This document shows, piece by piece, positions 29,272-59,742 of a stretch of DNA of 64,000 nt (within the stretch, counting starts at the first letter, position 1; each line of letters starts with the position of its first letter). Under the pieces are notes generated by a model. The model had not been told where the DNA came from. It saw only the letters and a program-made list of their open reading frames with translations, and did not search any database. The stretch comes from Amoebidium appalachense (lineage: Eukaryota > Protista > Ichthyosporea), in the NCBI GenBank assembly GCA_963693365.1, contig CAVNZM010000002.1:15037615-15101614 (forward strand), given 5' to 3'. The position numbers and the translations under genes were made by a program.

Positions 29272-30687
29272 AGTGATGACAAGTGTCCACATGAGAGTGG
29301 AATACCGCGGCCAGTCTAAGCAATTCTTCCTTGACCCCAGGGAACTCCAGGCAGAGTATGTGAATATGGATTATGGGGAGTCGATACATTTATGTTGCCT
29401 ACCGAAAGTCCAGCAAAATTACCATCGACCCCCAAAGAAGAATTCGAAAATTGTTCTGATTTACGATATTTTCCCTGTTAAAAAAACCCGTCCCAGACGA
29501 CTCGCTAATGGCATACGGAACGGTAGACTGGACTCGGCGGCATACAAAGTTGAGAGAACAGCTGGGTAATTGGGGAAAAAGATTCGACCCGATGGGAAGA
29601 GGATCAGGAAACATGATGTTTGGGCACACTTCAGGTGTAATCGCCGATCAATCGGCTAATCGGGATTTTGCCATTGAGATTGCCGCCGTGCTGGAGGAGT
29701 ATGCGGTAATTCACGAAGTTCGTCCGGACTACTTTGACACCGGCATCGAAGACTACTATGACGGGGAGGAATCCGATCCAGAGCAGAACCAGTCAACTGG
29801 ATCGGATGGCACAGCTGCCCAATCAAACAAGCGCAAACGTGAGGCGGGTAAAGCCAACGGGCCAATGAAATACCCGATCGGCATCATGATGCAGCGGTGG
29901 TCCGAGAGTGCACCCACCAAGCCCGATTCGCTGGTGGGGCACGATCGGTTTCTTCCTCACCTCCCTTGGCTATCGGTATGTTTGCCACCTCCTCCCCCCC
30001 CCCCCCCCCCCCCCCCCCGTTCTACTAAACGCAACAACCCCCTCCTCTCCCCCTGGGGATTGGAGGGGGAAGGAGGAAAGAAAGAGGAAGAAAGAAAAGA
30101 TACGGGCAATAGAAAGAAAGAAAGGAAGAAACACTGCTAGGATCATAAAACACTAGGACTTTTACACGTCCGATTCCGTTCTTCTCCCAATCCAACAACC
30201 ATGTGATTGCAGAAATACTTTACTTCAAACGTTTTGTCCCTTGTCCACTGTTGTTCTGTCCGAAAACTTACTCCATCCATGTGTTGCCTGCAATTTCTGT
30301 CATTCCCAATCTCGCTTTGCTGTGTACCAATAACATCCACATTTTTGGTGGCTATCTTCCGTTTTTGTTCTTTTTTCCGAATTCCGTGGTGCCATTGGCT
30401 TCTTAGTAGTTTTCACCATATTTGACTACGTAGTCTTCCAGCTCCTAATTTACCCCCCTCGCACCCCCCTCCCCTTTCCCCCCCCCCCCCCCCCCCCCCC
30501 GCCAAAAAAAAATATAAAAATAAAAAATAAAAATAAAATTATCATGCTTACACCTATCCACACCTACCACTAATCGCCCTGCCCGCCTCCTATATCATCT
30601 GGAAGTACTACATTTCAAGCACATAAATACACCGACGTAAAGATACATGATGTGTGCACACACCCACTCGCCCGCCTCTACACACAT

Positions 30688-30800
<113 letters not shown>

Positions 30801-30925
30801 GGACAAACACGCACACACACACACACACACCCATGCCCGCACACACGCGCACACCCGTGCACACGCATGCAGACACACATACAGACACGTATGGGTACTT
30901 ACACACACACACACACACACACACA

Positions 30926-31033
<108 letters not shown>

Positions 31034-31079
31034 CGTACGCACGTACACACGCACACACGCACACACCCACGCGCGCGCG

Positions 31080-31115
<36 letters not shown>

Positions 31116-32962
31116 CACATACACACACACAGGTGTGTCCTCGTACCTGTTCTAGCAAACGGTGACCGCAACGGTCACATCTTTCACCAACGCGGATATT
31201 AAGCATATCAACTCGAATTTTTTGCCAAACACCAAGCCCAAACCAATTATCGGAGAGACTGAGGAGACCCAATTCATAGTCTATAGCGGAACATACCAGA
31301 AAATGCCAGTGGGACGTTCCCGGGCGCATTTTGCCGTAGCCCTATTGGTGGATATGTTTTGCCCGCCCCAGCGGCATGCCAAGAGGGCTCGGTGGTTCGA
31401 GAAGGGGGAGGAGGTGTTGATGTCCATCGCACGTTACGAGTAGGCAGCCCCCACCCCTACCACCACATCTCTCCCCAACACACAGACACACGCACACACG
31501 CACGCACGCACACACACACACACGCACGCACGCAAACACGCACACAGCACGCACTCACGCACGCACGCACAGACACGACCTCTCCCACACATTCTAAATC
31601 AAAAACGGCTTAGGCCAATAGCAAACCTCGTGACTCCATGCTTTGGTGTCCACGTTGTCTCCCCCCCCCCTCCCCCCCCTCCCTCGCATGATAGGAGATG
31701 TTCAACTGAAGCAGCATTCGGGTTCGGTTTTATTTACGAGGTGAATGGATCGGAACTCGGGTACTCTGGATGACTTGAATCTTCGTGAGGATGGGCTCTG
31801 CTTATGATGCAAGCTCTTTTATTCGTGCTTTGAAAAGATTACATGGTGTCGTCCGTCGTCAATGCGTACTTCGTACTCTCTGACTCATTATTCTACCCCC
31901 CCCCCCCCCCCCCTCTTCCCCCTTCCTCCACTCCGAACCTCCCCTCCCCTCCCCCCCTCACCCCCCGCAAACCACCCACCCACCCAACCCCCATGCGCCA
32001 ACACACACACACACAAACACCCCAAATCACACGAAAACACACACACGACACACTGCACAGTGTTGGAAGCAAGCACCCGGGCCACGTCGGCTCTGTGTGT
32101 GATATTGTCAGAAGTTACGCCGAATCAGAAGACCCCGCCGACTTCCACCAGTTTCTGTCGATCATCCGCACATGCGACAACCCAGTGGGGTTTGCCCATC
32201 TTCTGAGAGAGATTTATGACGAATTCGAACTATTTGGTGGGTGGATCCGTTCTCCCTTTTTTGTTCATGTTTTGTGTTCTCTCATGCATTTTGTCCCTAC
32301 CCCACTCTCTTCCACCCGCTGGGCTCTACTGACTCACCATTCTCTCTTTTTTTTTCTCTTTTCTTCTTGTACACAGGAAGTTAGCTTCGTCGTCGTGAGT
32401 ATCCATGTGCATCTCCCTCTCTCTCTCTCTATCCATTTCCCTCGCTCTCTCTCTTCTCCCCCCCCCCCCCCCCCCCCCCGCCGGCACATACACACACACA
32501 GAAACTGCCTGCCTGCCTGCCCTTCCTCGTTTTCTTTTCTTTGACTCATACCCTAATTTGCTGCCAGAAACCTCCTGTTTTTCCACACTTTATCATATCT
32601 GAAACACCTACCACCACCTTTATACACTACTTTGTTTTTTCTCATTATGGCATTCTCTACAGAGTACTCGGAGGAGGTGATTTTGCAAATCTTGAGGGCA
32701 GTACGCAGCGGAGCACGTCGGAACATGGCCCGAGCGTCGCGAGAGAAGCATGCCAAGACCGCATTCCAGATCGGATTATTTCCATCACAACGTCGATCTG
32801 ACCAGCCAATGGCTGAACGGATTGGTCGAGGGTCACGTGGCAAAGGAGGATTTCTTTAGATTACTTCTCCCAATCGCACAAATTCACGTCAACTATGAAC
32901 TGCAGCACGGACGCGTGCGATCGGACACGCCCGTGGAAGTTGGGCAATGGCTAATGCGGAAA

Positions 32963-33125
32963 CAGAATAGGGATTACGAAAAAAAATCGTCGTAATTACG
33001 ATTAACAAGAGACCCAGATACGAATAGGGTCAGGGTACCGTTGTAACAGCTTTCGTATCAGGTGTGTAGCATTATAAAGGCTTGAATATGTAATTTTCCC
33101 TATTTTTTTCTATATTTCTGTTCAA
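32963..33125 (+). mobile_element. 5' fragment of the hAT-type MITE inserted in an exon of copy 1
   Basis: GATTACGAAAAAA(AA)TCGTCGTAA.TACGATTAAC...GTAACAGCTTTCGTATCAG...TATTTCTGTTCAA aligns with 22395-22564. Coding similarity to copy 2 stops abruptly after GQWLMR. Confidence 0.85.
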
Positions 33126-33168
33126 TACCTCTTACACACCCCAAGAAATTTCCTACCTGCCGGTTCCT

Positions 33169-33224
<56 letters not shown>

Positions 33225-33507
33225 AAAACTTCCGAAGTTCACCAGGCATCAATATTTAGACGTTCATCATCCTATTTCGGATTTAAATGACCGATCGGCC
33301 GAACGGCTCTGTTCAAGTGTCTTCTGCCTGCACGCTTTATTTTTTTGATTTTGGATTTCCCACTATTATGACGTTTGTTGTTGCTCTTTGTTGCCTAACG
33401 CATACATCCTCCCCCCCCCCCCCCCCCCCCCCCCCCCCTCGTACCCCTCCCCCCTTGCCCTCAACATAGCGCCCTGATTTTCCTCCATCTCTACTGTCAA
33501 ACCCCCC

Positions 33508-33546
<39 letters not shown>

Positions 33547-33870
33547 CCACCACCACCACCACCACCACCAACCCACACACCCTCTCACCTACCCACCAGT
33601 AGAAAACAACGGGATGAATCCGATTATTCCAGACTGTTGCTGATCTAGTCCTATCGTTTTTGCACATTCGATTGCACACCATGATGGGTAGCACACACGA
33701 TCGTGTACATTCAGGCACAAGCATGTTCATGCACACGACTCACACTTTGACAAATACACATCTGATCATACACAAGGACAAGTGACAGATACACGTGAGG
33801 TGTGTGCACACGTGCAAGCACACCCACACACACATGCAGGCAAGCACGCACATGTACACACACGCACACG

Positions 33871-33955
<85 letters not shown>

Positions 33956-33957
33956 AC

Positions 33958-34071
<114 letters not shown>

Positions 34072-34923
34072 ACAGGGAACTCCTCGTGCACTTCCACACC
34101 ATGCCAAGTGGGTGCGAGGCATCAGCCGCCGTCGAATCTATCCTTTCGAACCCTGCAGTTAGCCCGGCTTTACTCATCGATATTTGCAAGTCGTTTGGGA
34201 AACATATGTCCAGCCCGTTAACATATACAATGACTGAGTGTCCGGGATGCCGCCAATGGTTTGGATATTCTTCAAACCTCAGCAGGGAGATTCAGAAGCA
34301 ACTCGAACAACCCGTTGGGCACTGCACTGTCGAAATTTCGGATCCACATCTCCCGATTACGCAGGGATCGTTGGACCGTGTGTTCATTATCCGAGATGGT
34401 GATCGCGAGGCGGTTTGGAAATTGTGTGAGCGAATCAACCGGGTTTTGGTCAATGAGAACGAAAAAAAATTGACCATTGTCGGTGCTCCCTGGGTCGTTC
34501 AGAGCGTCGCAATTCTGATTATCTTGGAAGGGGAAATGGAAACGTTCCCCTGTAATTTCGGGATTTTTGGATGTGCATGTGGTTGGCAGTAGGATGCTGG
34601 TAGTGTGCAAGAGGAGTACTGAAGCTGCGGCTGAAAGATACATGAAGGTTTTCTCATCTTGGGGTTGGTGGTTGTAGCGACTAAGCAAATATCGCGCGGC
34701 TTTAATAATTGTCGTGTCCTCTCTTTAGTTCATGAGCGTGTCTATACACCGCATGCCCTGCGTATTCGTTTGGGTGTGTGTGCTTGTGTATGCACGGTGT
34801 GTGTGTCCTCATCACCAGTTTGTGTGTATGCGTATTTAGAGCTTGTCCTTCTTTCTTTCCCTAACTAATTCTTGGTCCTCTCCTTTTTGCTTTCTTCCTT
34901 TCGTTGATTCTTTTTTTTTTTTT

Positions 34924-34954
<31 letters not shown>

Positions 34955-36271
34955 GGAGGGAGGGGAGGGTCATCCTTTTTTGTGGGTATGTGCTGGGCTG
35001 TTGGGTGTGGGGGGGTGAGCGGGTCTGACACTGTTGGGGCCGGAAGAGCATGGAATCTACTTGTCTGGGGTTGTTTTACTGCGAGATTTGGTGGCTGCAT
35101 TATGGCAGATAAGCGAATGTCTAAAAATTTCTATGGAGAAATGAAACACCTTGATAGCCTAATTAGGGGCTGGAGTAAGGCATAAGACAATCATGTCCAT
35201 GTTGTGCTCGTTATCTTTTCTCTTACTGATAGGGTCTTTGATATCAATACATACCATTGTATTATAGTAGATAGCCGTTTTTGTTTATCTAGACTCTTGG
35301 CAGATTGAGTTAACTACTAAATGGTGCAGAGAACAATGGTTAAATCTGAACCTTGCCTGGGCAGGGGACTACAACCAAATAATTATAAACTTTCTGCGGA
35401 ATGGTGCAAACTGTTGCCCATTTACTGCTCTGTTTCCACATTTCTTACCATTCATTATTTCAGCTGGATTTGGTTGGGCCGAACCGACCCACGGCTGCAT
35501 TTTGAAGGCGGTGCACCAAACTCAACTTTTTTATGATGAACTTTATTTAGATCGGGGCATCAGACAGGGCTAACAATGGGCATATAGTACAGTTGCCATA
35601 CACACCACGAGATAGTTGCTGAGATAGCTTCACCGGATATCCAACTAGATATACCGAAAACGAAAATTTTAACGTAGGACTGATAAAAGCTGCATGGGTG
35701 CCTAAGAGGGCCAATAGCATGCTGAATTATTAGCCATGTAAGAGTAAAGTGAATAGAATATCATAGTTAATGATATTCAACAGATAGTCTAAAGTAGTGA
35801 TATTGGGATAGCGGGTAAATGCCAGCAACCGAGCAGAACTTCTGGATTTACATACTACATTTACTACATCGGTCTGAATGCTTTCTGCCGAATCTTGTGT
35901 CACAAAAGTTACAACCACGCTTATTATATACATAGGTAAGGCCGTCCAAGCAATATCACACCTGGGCAAGGAGATACAACTATCGTACTGGGATGTAGGT
36001 CTCCTAATATGGAAAGGAATCATTGATTATATATATAATGCTGCTCGCCAGCGGCCCAATAGAGCCATATGCATGTGAGATTCGAATTCGAGCCCACATC
36101 AATAGGATGCTGCGGAATAACAAATTGCGTTTCTTCAGGACCTAGAGTGGGCCAAACTTCGTTATAAAATGTGCGACACGTGCTCGTCTACTACATATCT
36201 GCAGATCAAAAATCAAATTAGATACGGACGAACAAGAAGAGGACGGGGGGAAAGTGTCTGTATGGGTAAAT

Positions 36272-36331
<60 letters not shown>

Positions 36332-36453
36332 GGGGGGGAGCACGTGCGTGCTTGATATGGTGGAGTAGGAGAGCCGACAGGAGGTGGAAGAAGCTGGAGA
36401 AGAGGATGCGGTGGGCTGATGCGGTGAAAGTTTGAAACTACTGTACTGGTAAA

Positions 36454-36499
36454 GGCGGGACATTTTGACCAATAACAATAGCTAAAAAGAGCGCGAAAA
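36454..36499 (+). promoter_or_regulatory. E2F-like/CCAAT promoter module, copy 2
   Basis: GGCGGGA-N8-CCAAT then GCGCGAAAA (reverse of TTTTCGCGC). A TTTGAA lies at 36431. Confidence 0.6.
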
Positions 36500-38184
36500 T
36501 CTAGCCAACCACAGTTCTTGGCTGCCGGCGCCTATGATAAATCATGATTCCGAAAAACACCCAAGCCACTCTACACTCTCTAATCTCTACTCTACTCGCC
36601 TGTACTCCGAAGCTGACTCTGAGGCCTCGGAAAACACATATATATACAGCACTGTACACTGAGCAGCAGCAGGCTACACATCGCCCAAGTTCGGCTGGTC
36701 TGACAGCGAAAGATCCTGGGATACTGGTAGCTGCATAACACACAGGGTCTTGTAGGCGCCCTCGCGCATCCTCGAGTTTTTTTTCCTTTTTTTTTTTTCT
36801 TTTTTTTTTCTCCCCATCAAAAGCCGTCACAACAAACCTACTAGTCGGCCAAAGTCCACCACCACTCTCATTACACAAACAAGTATTGGTGGTTCCCTTC
36901 TGGAATCTTAACTGGATATGGCCATGGTCAAACAAGGTTTGAGGGGACAAAATTGAGACCGCACAGCCAAGCCTTCAGGTAAGTCTATTTACCTCGTGTC
37001 GATTTATTTCCCTGGATGTGTGCATGCATGCAGGCGGGTGTGTGTGTGTGCGGGGCTGTGAGGGTGGATAGTGTGGGTGGGTGTATGTGAGGTGGCGAGG
37101 TTGCGCTTTGTGTGCGCGTGTTTGTGCTGCGTGCACATGTGGTATTTGCCAGTATGTGTGAAGGTGCGTGCATGCACGTGTGTGGTTGCATGAGTACGTG
37201 CTTGTGGTTGTGCGTGTGCATGTGTGATGGAGTGCTCGTGTATAGCGTGAGCATGCGTGAATGGGCAGCGCATGCGCGTGGGTAGCTTTATACCAGCCTG
37301 CCTGAACTTCGTCCTTTTTAGGCGGGTAGGTGCATGTGTGCATTTATTTCGTGCTGGTATGGACATGTGTGTTGGTTGTTGGCTTAAGTTGGAGATTGAA
37401 AGTTGAGACGTCTCTTTCTGATGGTTCTTGCGCGCATGTGTGCCCTAGTACCTAACTTGTTTGTCAGTGCTTCCCCTAAGCCCAAGTGACAGCTTATGGT
37501 TTGTATTCTGTCGTACTGATTCCCATATATGGGGGAAAAAGGAAACAGAGAGAGGGTGAGAGAGATATAAGTCCGACTTCCTCCACCTACTTGGCCTCAC
37601 TTTCAAGCTCCTTATCTGCCTTTGTCTCTCTCTTTCGTTCGTCCTCCCCACCTGTTCCTCCCTGCAAAATCTGCAATTTGTTTCGCTTCAATTTGTAATT
37701 CGAAATCTGGGAGGTTTTCTCAACCCCACGTCCCCCCCCCCCCCCCCCCTCCCCCTCCCCCCCTCCGATACCTGTTCTCCTCCCCTGCCCACCCTCCTCA
37801 GTTTCAGCTCTCTTTGTGCCTCCTTCCAGTTGCACAGTAGGTTTCCCCCCTCAATCTTTTATAATTGCTTCCCTCTACCCCCCCCCCCCCCCCCCTCCTT
37901 TTACCACTAACCTCTCCCCACCCTTTTCTCTCTCCTCCAACTCCCCTGCCCGTTGTGAAATGGGCTTCCGTAAAGTTAACTCCTAAAAGATTGCAGACCT
38001 ATCTTTGGCATGGACAGTCATTTTTGTTTTATTTGCGCTTCTACTGTGTATTTCTTGCACAATCCATATAGTCATTCCATATCTGCAGACTCTCACTCCA
38101 GCTGCCCATATTGACAAATAGACGTTTTCTCGGCCCCTTTGCACACCTGACCAGTGCCCACTGTGTGCAGGCAGTCACGTGACC

Positions 38185-49476
<11,292 letters not shown>

Positions 49477-50681
49477 TGGCAAGCAATAAAGCAAGTTTCG
49501 CGTGGCTTTCAAGGTATTTTTGTCTTTGCCTTTAATCCTTACTCTTGTGCTCTCTATAGTTTATGAGCGTGTGTATACATAGCTGCTATTATAGTTCATT
49601 ACTAATGATTAGTGTTTGTAGTGACAGCATGTTTGTCCATGAGTTTGTGTGTGGGTGTGTGTACCCACACACATGCACGTGAGCACGGTTTGTGTGTGTG
49701 CTGGTCATGATCAGCCTTTCTTTGGAGTCTTTCTTTCTTTCCTTCTTTGATCATTTTTTTTGGATGAACTCAAATAAGAACGGGGAATTAGCCAGGGCTA
49801 AGAATAGACATATATATTTTAGTTGCAATAGACACGACGAGATAGTAGCTATTTTATCTTGACTGGATATCCCAACGAGATATACCAAAAAAGAAAATTC
49901 TACAGTAATACTGCAAAAAGCTGCATGTATGAGCTCAACTGGGGGGGTCAACAATTGCTTAATTGTTAGCAATAAGAGTGCATAGAAAAAATCATTGTTT
50001 TTGATATTTAACTGATTAAAGCAGGATACATAGCGGGTGAATGCCTGCAACCGAACAGAAACTGGAACAATCTGGATTAACATGCCGCATTTACCTAGGT
50101 GGGTTCTTATGGATGCCCGTGCCAATCATTATGCGGATAAGAAGCCTAACCTTGAACCCCTCCCCCCCCCCCCCCCCCCCCCCCTCCCCCTTTCCCCGAG
50201 CGTTGCTCAGCCGGGTCCTCCTCCGAGTCTCCGCGTTCGGCACAAACGGCCAGTGAACGAGTCCTTGCGCATGCTAGAGGGCTCGTGTTGCCGTTGCCAA
50301 CATGTGCACATAACGACGTTATGTAATTTGGTGTTGATGGGCATGGCTTCCGCCCCTGTTCAAGATGGCAGAACCCCCCGCTCCCCCCCCCCCCCCCCCC
50401 CCCCCCCGCATTCGGCTGCCGATCGCGAGAAAAGCCTAGTAGGATAAGTAGTGGCCGTTCCTTCAAGATTGTAGGTATATTTCTTTTATAATTGTGTATA
50501 TGTATCCACCTGCCTTACCCCCTATCATTTCACTGCTTGTCACTGTGGTATTTTGCATCTATAAAATTTTGACAGCGCTAGCTATACACCGTGTAGAGTT
50601 CAGTGTTTATACCTTTCCTTACCCTCCCGCTTCGCTTTGTTGCCTTCGTTTCTGCGGTGTGGCTGGAATGTATGAAATTTT

Positions 50682-50727
50682 GGCGGGACATTTTGACCAA
50701 TAATAATCGCCCAAAAGAGCGCGAAAA
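50682..50727 (+). promoter_or_regulatory. E2F-like/CCAAT promoter module, copy 3
   Basis: GGCGGGA-N8-CCAAT then GCGCGAAAA. Confidence 0.55.
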
Positions 50728-52319
50728 GTAAATTTGCTGATAAATATGAAAACGCCCACAGGCCACCTTGCTTCTCAGAGCTCTGAGTTATGATGATGCC
50801 TTGGAAAACACATACAGCACGGTGCACTGTGCAGGAGGCTACACGCCGGCCAAGTGGATGGTATGAAGCGAAATACCCTGGAATACTGGGAGCTACCTAG
50901 CCCACAGGGTCTCGCCCACGCGCATCCTCGACTTTTCTTTCTTTGTTTCCCCCCATCACAAGACCCCCACAACAACCCTACTGGTCAGCCAAAGTCCACC
51001 TCATCTCTCAGTACGCAAACATGTATCGATCGGTGATTCCCCTCCGGAATCCTACCTGGATATGGCCTTGGCCAATAGAGACCTGAGGGGACACAATTGA
51101 GAGCAGCACAGCCAAACCTTCAAGTAAGTCTACCCAGTGCGTGTGTACGCGATGTGAGGGTGTATGGGAGGAGGCGAGGGTGTGCTTTGTGTGCGCGTGC
51201 TCGTGCTGTTTGTACCAGTGGTTTGTGCTAGAAAAGGTGAAGGTGTGTGCATGCGCGCGTGTGTATGCGCTTGTGGGTGGATGAGTGCGTGCTTGTGCGT
51301 GTGCGTGTGTGTGTTGTGTAATGGAACGCCTGCGTGCAAGTGTGAACATGCGTTAGTGGGCAGCTCGTGCACGTGGGTAGTCTTATACAAGCCTGCCTGA
51401 TTATCGTCCTTTTAGGTGCGTGGTTTGATATGTGCGTCTAGGTCGTGCTGGTATGGCCGTGTCTTTGAAACCAAAGTAGTTTGCAAGTTGAACTCCTCGG
51501 CTTTCATGTCTGCCCTAGCAGTTATGTCATCTGTCCCTGCTTTAGTGTGTGCTGAAACAACTTTGAGTAAGGCTCTCGGATTGAAATAGTTCCTGCCAAC
51601 TACACAATGTCGACTCCCCTCGAACCTAATTGATAGTGTTATGACTTGCATTTGTCGTACCAATTGCCATGCATGGAGAAAGGAAGGACCGAGGGTGAGA
51701 GAGATATAGTCTGACGTCCTCCACTTACTTGACCTCACAGCTAGACACTTTCTCTGTCTCCTATTGTTCTCCTCTGTCCATCCCCCAAGTTCCATCTGCC
51801 AAATCTGTTTTTTTATCCATATTAGCTGTGTATATCATATTCTGTGGGGATTTCTACCTCCCCTTACCCCCCCCTCCCCCCACCCCCCCACCCCACCCCT
51901 TTAGAGCATATCTTCCTTCCCTGCCTACCCTTCTGGTTTTAAGCTTTCTCTATACCTCTGTCCACTCTGAAGTTGCATTTTCTCCTCGAGGAGTTCACTG
52001 ATTCGTCCCTTTGTCATCCCCCATCCCTCTCCCCTCCACCTTTCTTTTCCCCTTTCCTCCATCTCCCCTCCCCAATATATGAACTCCTTGAAAGCTGATC
52101 CTTAATGTGCGCTCACGTTTACAGATCTATTTATAGCATGAGCTAGAGCTATCCTTTATGTTGACTTTGCGCATCTACCGTGAACCTCTTGCACAAACCA
52201 AACACGTCCTTTCATATCTGTGGACTTTCACTCCAGCTGCCCATACTGACATTTAGTCTTTTCCTTGTCCTTTTGCACACACTGACCAGTGCCCACTGTT
52301 TACAGGCAGTTATGTGACC

Positions 52320-57330
<5,011 letters not shown>

Positions 57331-58345
57331 AAATTTCGCGCGGCTTTCAAGGTAGTTCTTGTCTTTGCATTCGATCTGAGACTCTCTCTTGCCCTGTGTC
57401 TAGTTCATTAGCGTGTGTATACATGTCATTAGTTCATCGTGGTGTGTGTATACAACATGTTTGTCTATGGGTGTTTGTATGGGTGTGTACCCGCACGCGT
57501 GCACACGGCGTGTGTGTGCTGATCAAGATCGGTCATTTTTGAGTCTGTCTTTCTCTTTCTTCTTGGTCCTTTTTTTCTTACTCTCTACCTTAAGCTTGCG
57601 AACATTGCCTTCTTGGGGGTTTTGGGGGGGGGGGAGGGGGGGGGGGGTCTTACTGCTATATTTAGTGGCTGCAATATGTGAGTGAAGTATTTGTCGAGCA
57701 ATGGAACATGTTGATAGGGCTGGGGTAGGCATAATACAACCATGTCTCGTTGTGCCTGTTTATCTTTCCTTGTTGATAGGCTCTTTGATACTATTACTAA
57801 CAGATAACTTTTTGTTTGTCTGGACTCTCAGCCGAGTTGCAAAGAACAATAGTTTTATATCTGAACCTTGCCTGGGCAGGGGATTAGAACCATTCGCAAC
57901 TAAAACATCTGCGGAATGGCGCAAACTGTCGCCCAATCACTGCTCTGCCTTCCACATTTCCTACCGCTCTGCCCGACCCACGGCTGCATCTCAAAGGCTG
58001 TGCAGCAAACTCACTAGGTCAGGTGTGTTACAACTTAATTTTTCAAGTGTATCTCGTTGGATATCCGGTGTGACTGTGAAGCTATCTCAGAAACTGGTAT
58101 AGTATAATTATGGTTGATTGCCCATATAGATAGGAAAACATGGGTTCTCCAAATATTTTGACTAAGAAATAAGCGAGGGATCCCTATGTTGCTTATATAC
58201 AATTTGCATTTCCCTTCATTTGCTATAATTAGCACATTAAATGCCAAAATTAGTATATAGGAGGCTTTGGATTAAAGCCTATTTTCTATTCATAGTTTGG
58301 ACTTTATTTGAGTGAAAACGAGCTTGGACTTTGGCTGGCATGGGA

Positions 58346-58769
58346 AGGGCCCAACCACATCGGCAGAGTCCACTTGCTCCGAGCAGAATTGTTCTGCTAA
58401 AAGCAGAAATATTCTGCTAAAAGCAGAATTATTCTGCAAAGGGAGAATTACTCCGCAAAAGGCAGAGTCATTCTGCTTTTAGCAAATCGATCTCTGCTTC
58501 ACTAGCAGAATCATTCTGCTTTTAGCAGAATTATTCCATATAAAACAGAATTATGCTGCTCGCAGCAGCAGAACTTGAAACTTGCTTTAGCAGATTAAAG
58601 CGGCTTCTTTTACATAGCGTAATTATTCTGCTGTTGTAATAACAGAATGATTCTGCTGTTAGCGCAGAATTATTCTGCTTTTGCTGAATAGTTCTGCTTT
58701 TAGTGCTTTTAGCAGAACAGTTCTGCTTTTGCAGAATAATTCTGCTCAGAGCAAGTTGACCGCCGATGT
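58346..58769. mobile_element. Foldback/MITE-like element built from palindromic GCAGAATTATTCTGC units
   Basis: About 65-bp imperfect terminal inverted repeats (ACATCGGC..GTC.ACTTGCTC.GAGCAGAATT.TTCTGC at 58357 versus its reverse complement ending at 58769). The interior has many AGCAGAA-N3-TTCTGC palindromes. No TSD found. Confidence 0.75.
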
Positions 58770-58892
58770 ATAGAAAACTAAAAAAAAAAAAAAAAAAAAA
58801 AAAAGGTAGGAATGAAAAGTAGGAATATGTGGTTGGCTAGAATTTGATTAGGGATCTGAAACTGATTGATTTGAGGAGCCGCTTTGGCCAAG

Positions 58893-58939
<47 letters not shown>

Positions 58940-58995
58940 GGGGAGGGGGGTTGGGGGAGGGGGGGGGGAGAGAGGGAGAGAGAGAGAGAGAGGAA

Positions 58996-59248
58996 TGCTG
59001 GAGGTCTGTGCCGTCACGCCTAAGCGTGAGTCCTGTCCTACCCATGGGCCGACACGCCCAAGCGTGTGTGTCCTATGGCGTATGCTGGATGTCTGTGGGC
59101 CGTCACATGCCTTAGCGTGAGTCCTACCCATGGCCTGACACGCCTAAGCGTGTATCCTATGGCGTGTGCTGGAGGTCTGTGGGCCGTCACGCGCCTAAGC
59201 GTGAGTCCTACCCATGGGCGGACACGCCTAAGCGTGTGTCCTGTGGCG
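58996..59248. repeat. Minisatellite, 3 x ~85 bp, two hairpins per unit
   Basis: Units start at 58996, 59083 and 59167 (TGCTGGA.GTCTGTG). Each contains variants of TCACGC-CTAA-GCGTGA and ACACGC-CTAA-GCGTGT. Confidence 0.9.
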
Positions 59249-59454
59249 ATCCATATGTTTTTCCACACACGTGCACAGCTGCTACAAAGTGGCGACGGCA
59301 TGCATCATGCATGCACGCTGAGACGGATCTGAGGCTGTCTTGTACAATTGTCCTTCGCGGTTTTTTTCTTTTTGGTTTCCTATGATGTTTGTTGTCCTTG
59401 CCTCGAGGATGAGTAGTCAGTGCGCTGTTCAACAGTCAGGGTTGGCCGGGGAGC

Positions 59455-59497
<43 letters not shown>

Positions 59498-59742
59498 ACC
59501 TGGGGATCGAACGGGGGACCTCATACTCTGCAACTGGCCGGTGGCACCAGAGGACGAGGGGGTAGTGATGCTACCGAAAATGCAGGGTGCTGCTAAAAAT
59601 AAAAACTTAAAATAGATTTTTTCTTGACGACCGTGTCGCTCACGCACACCCGAGCTGCAGCTGCAGGCTGTAGCTCCTGCATGCGCACCAAACAGAACGA
59701 AGCACCACACGTTACACACACGCCGCAAGTTTAGCCAACACC

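Noticed and set aside
58996-59248. CRISPR-like array
   Set aside because: Spacers are near-identical, there are no cas genes, and the context is eukaryotic.
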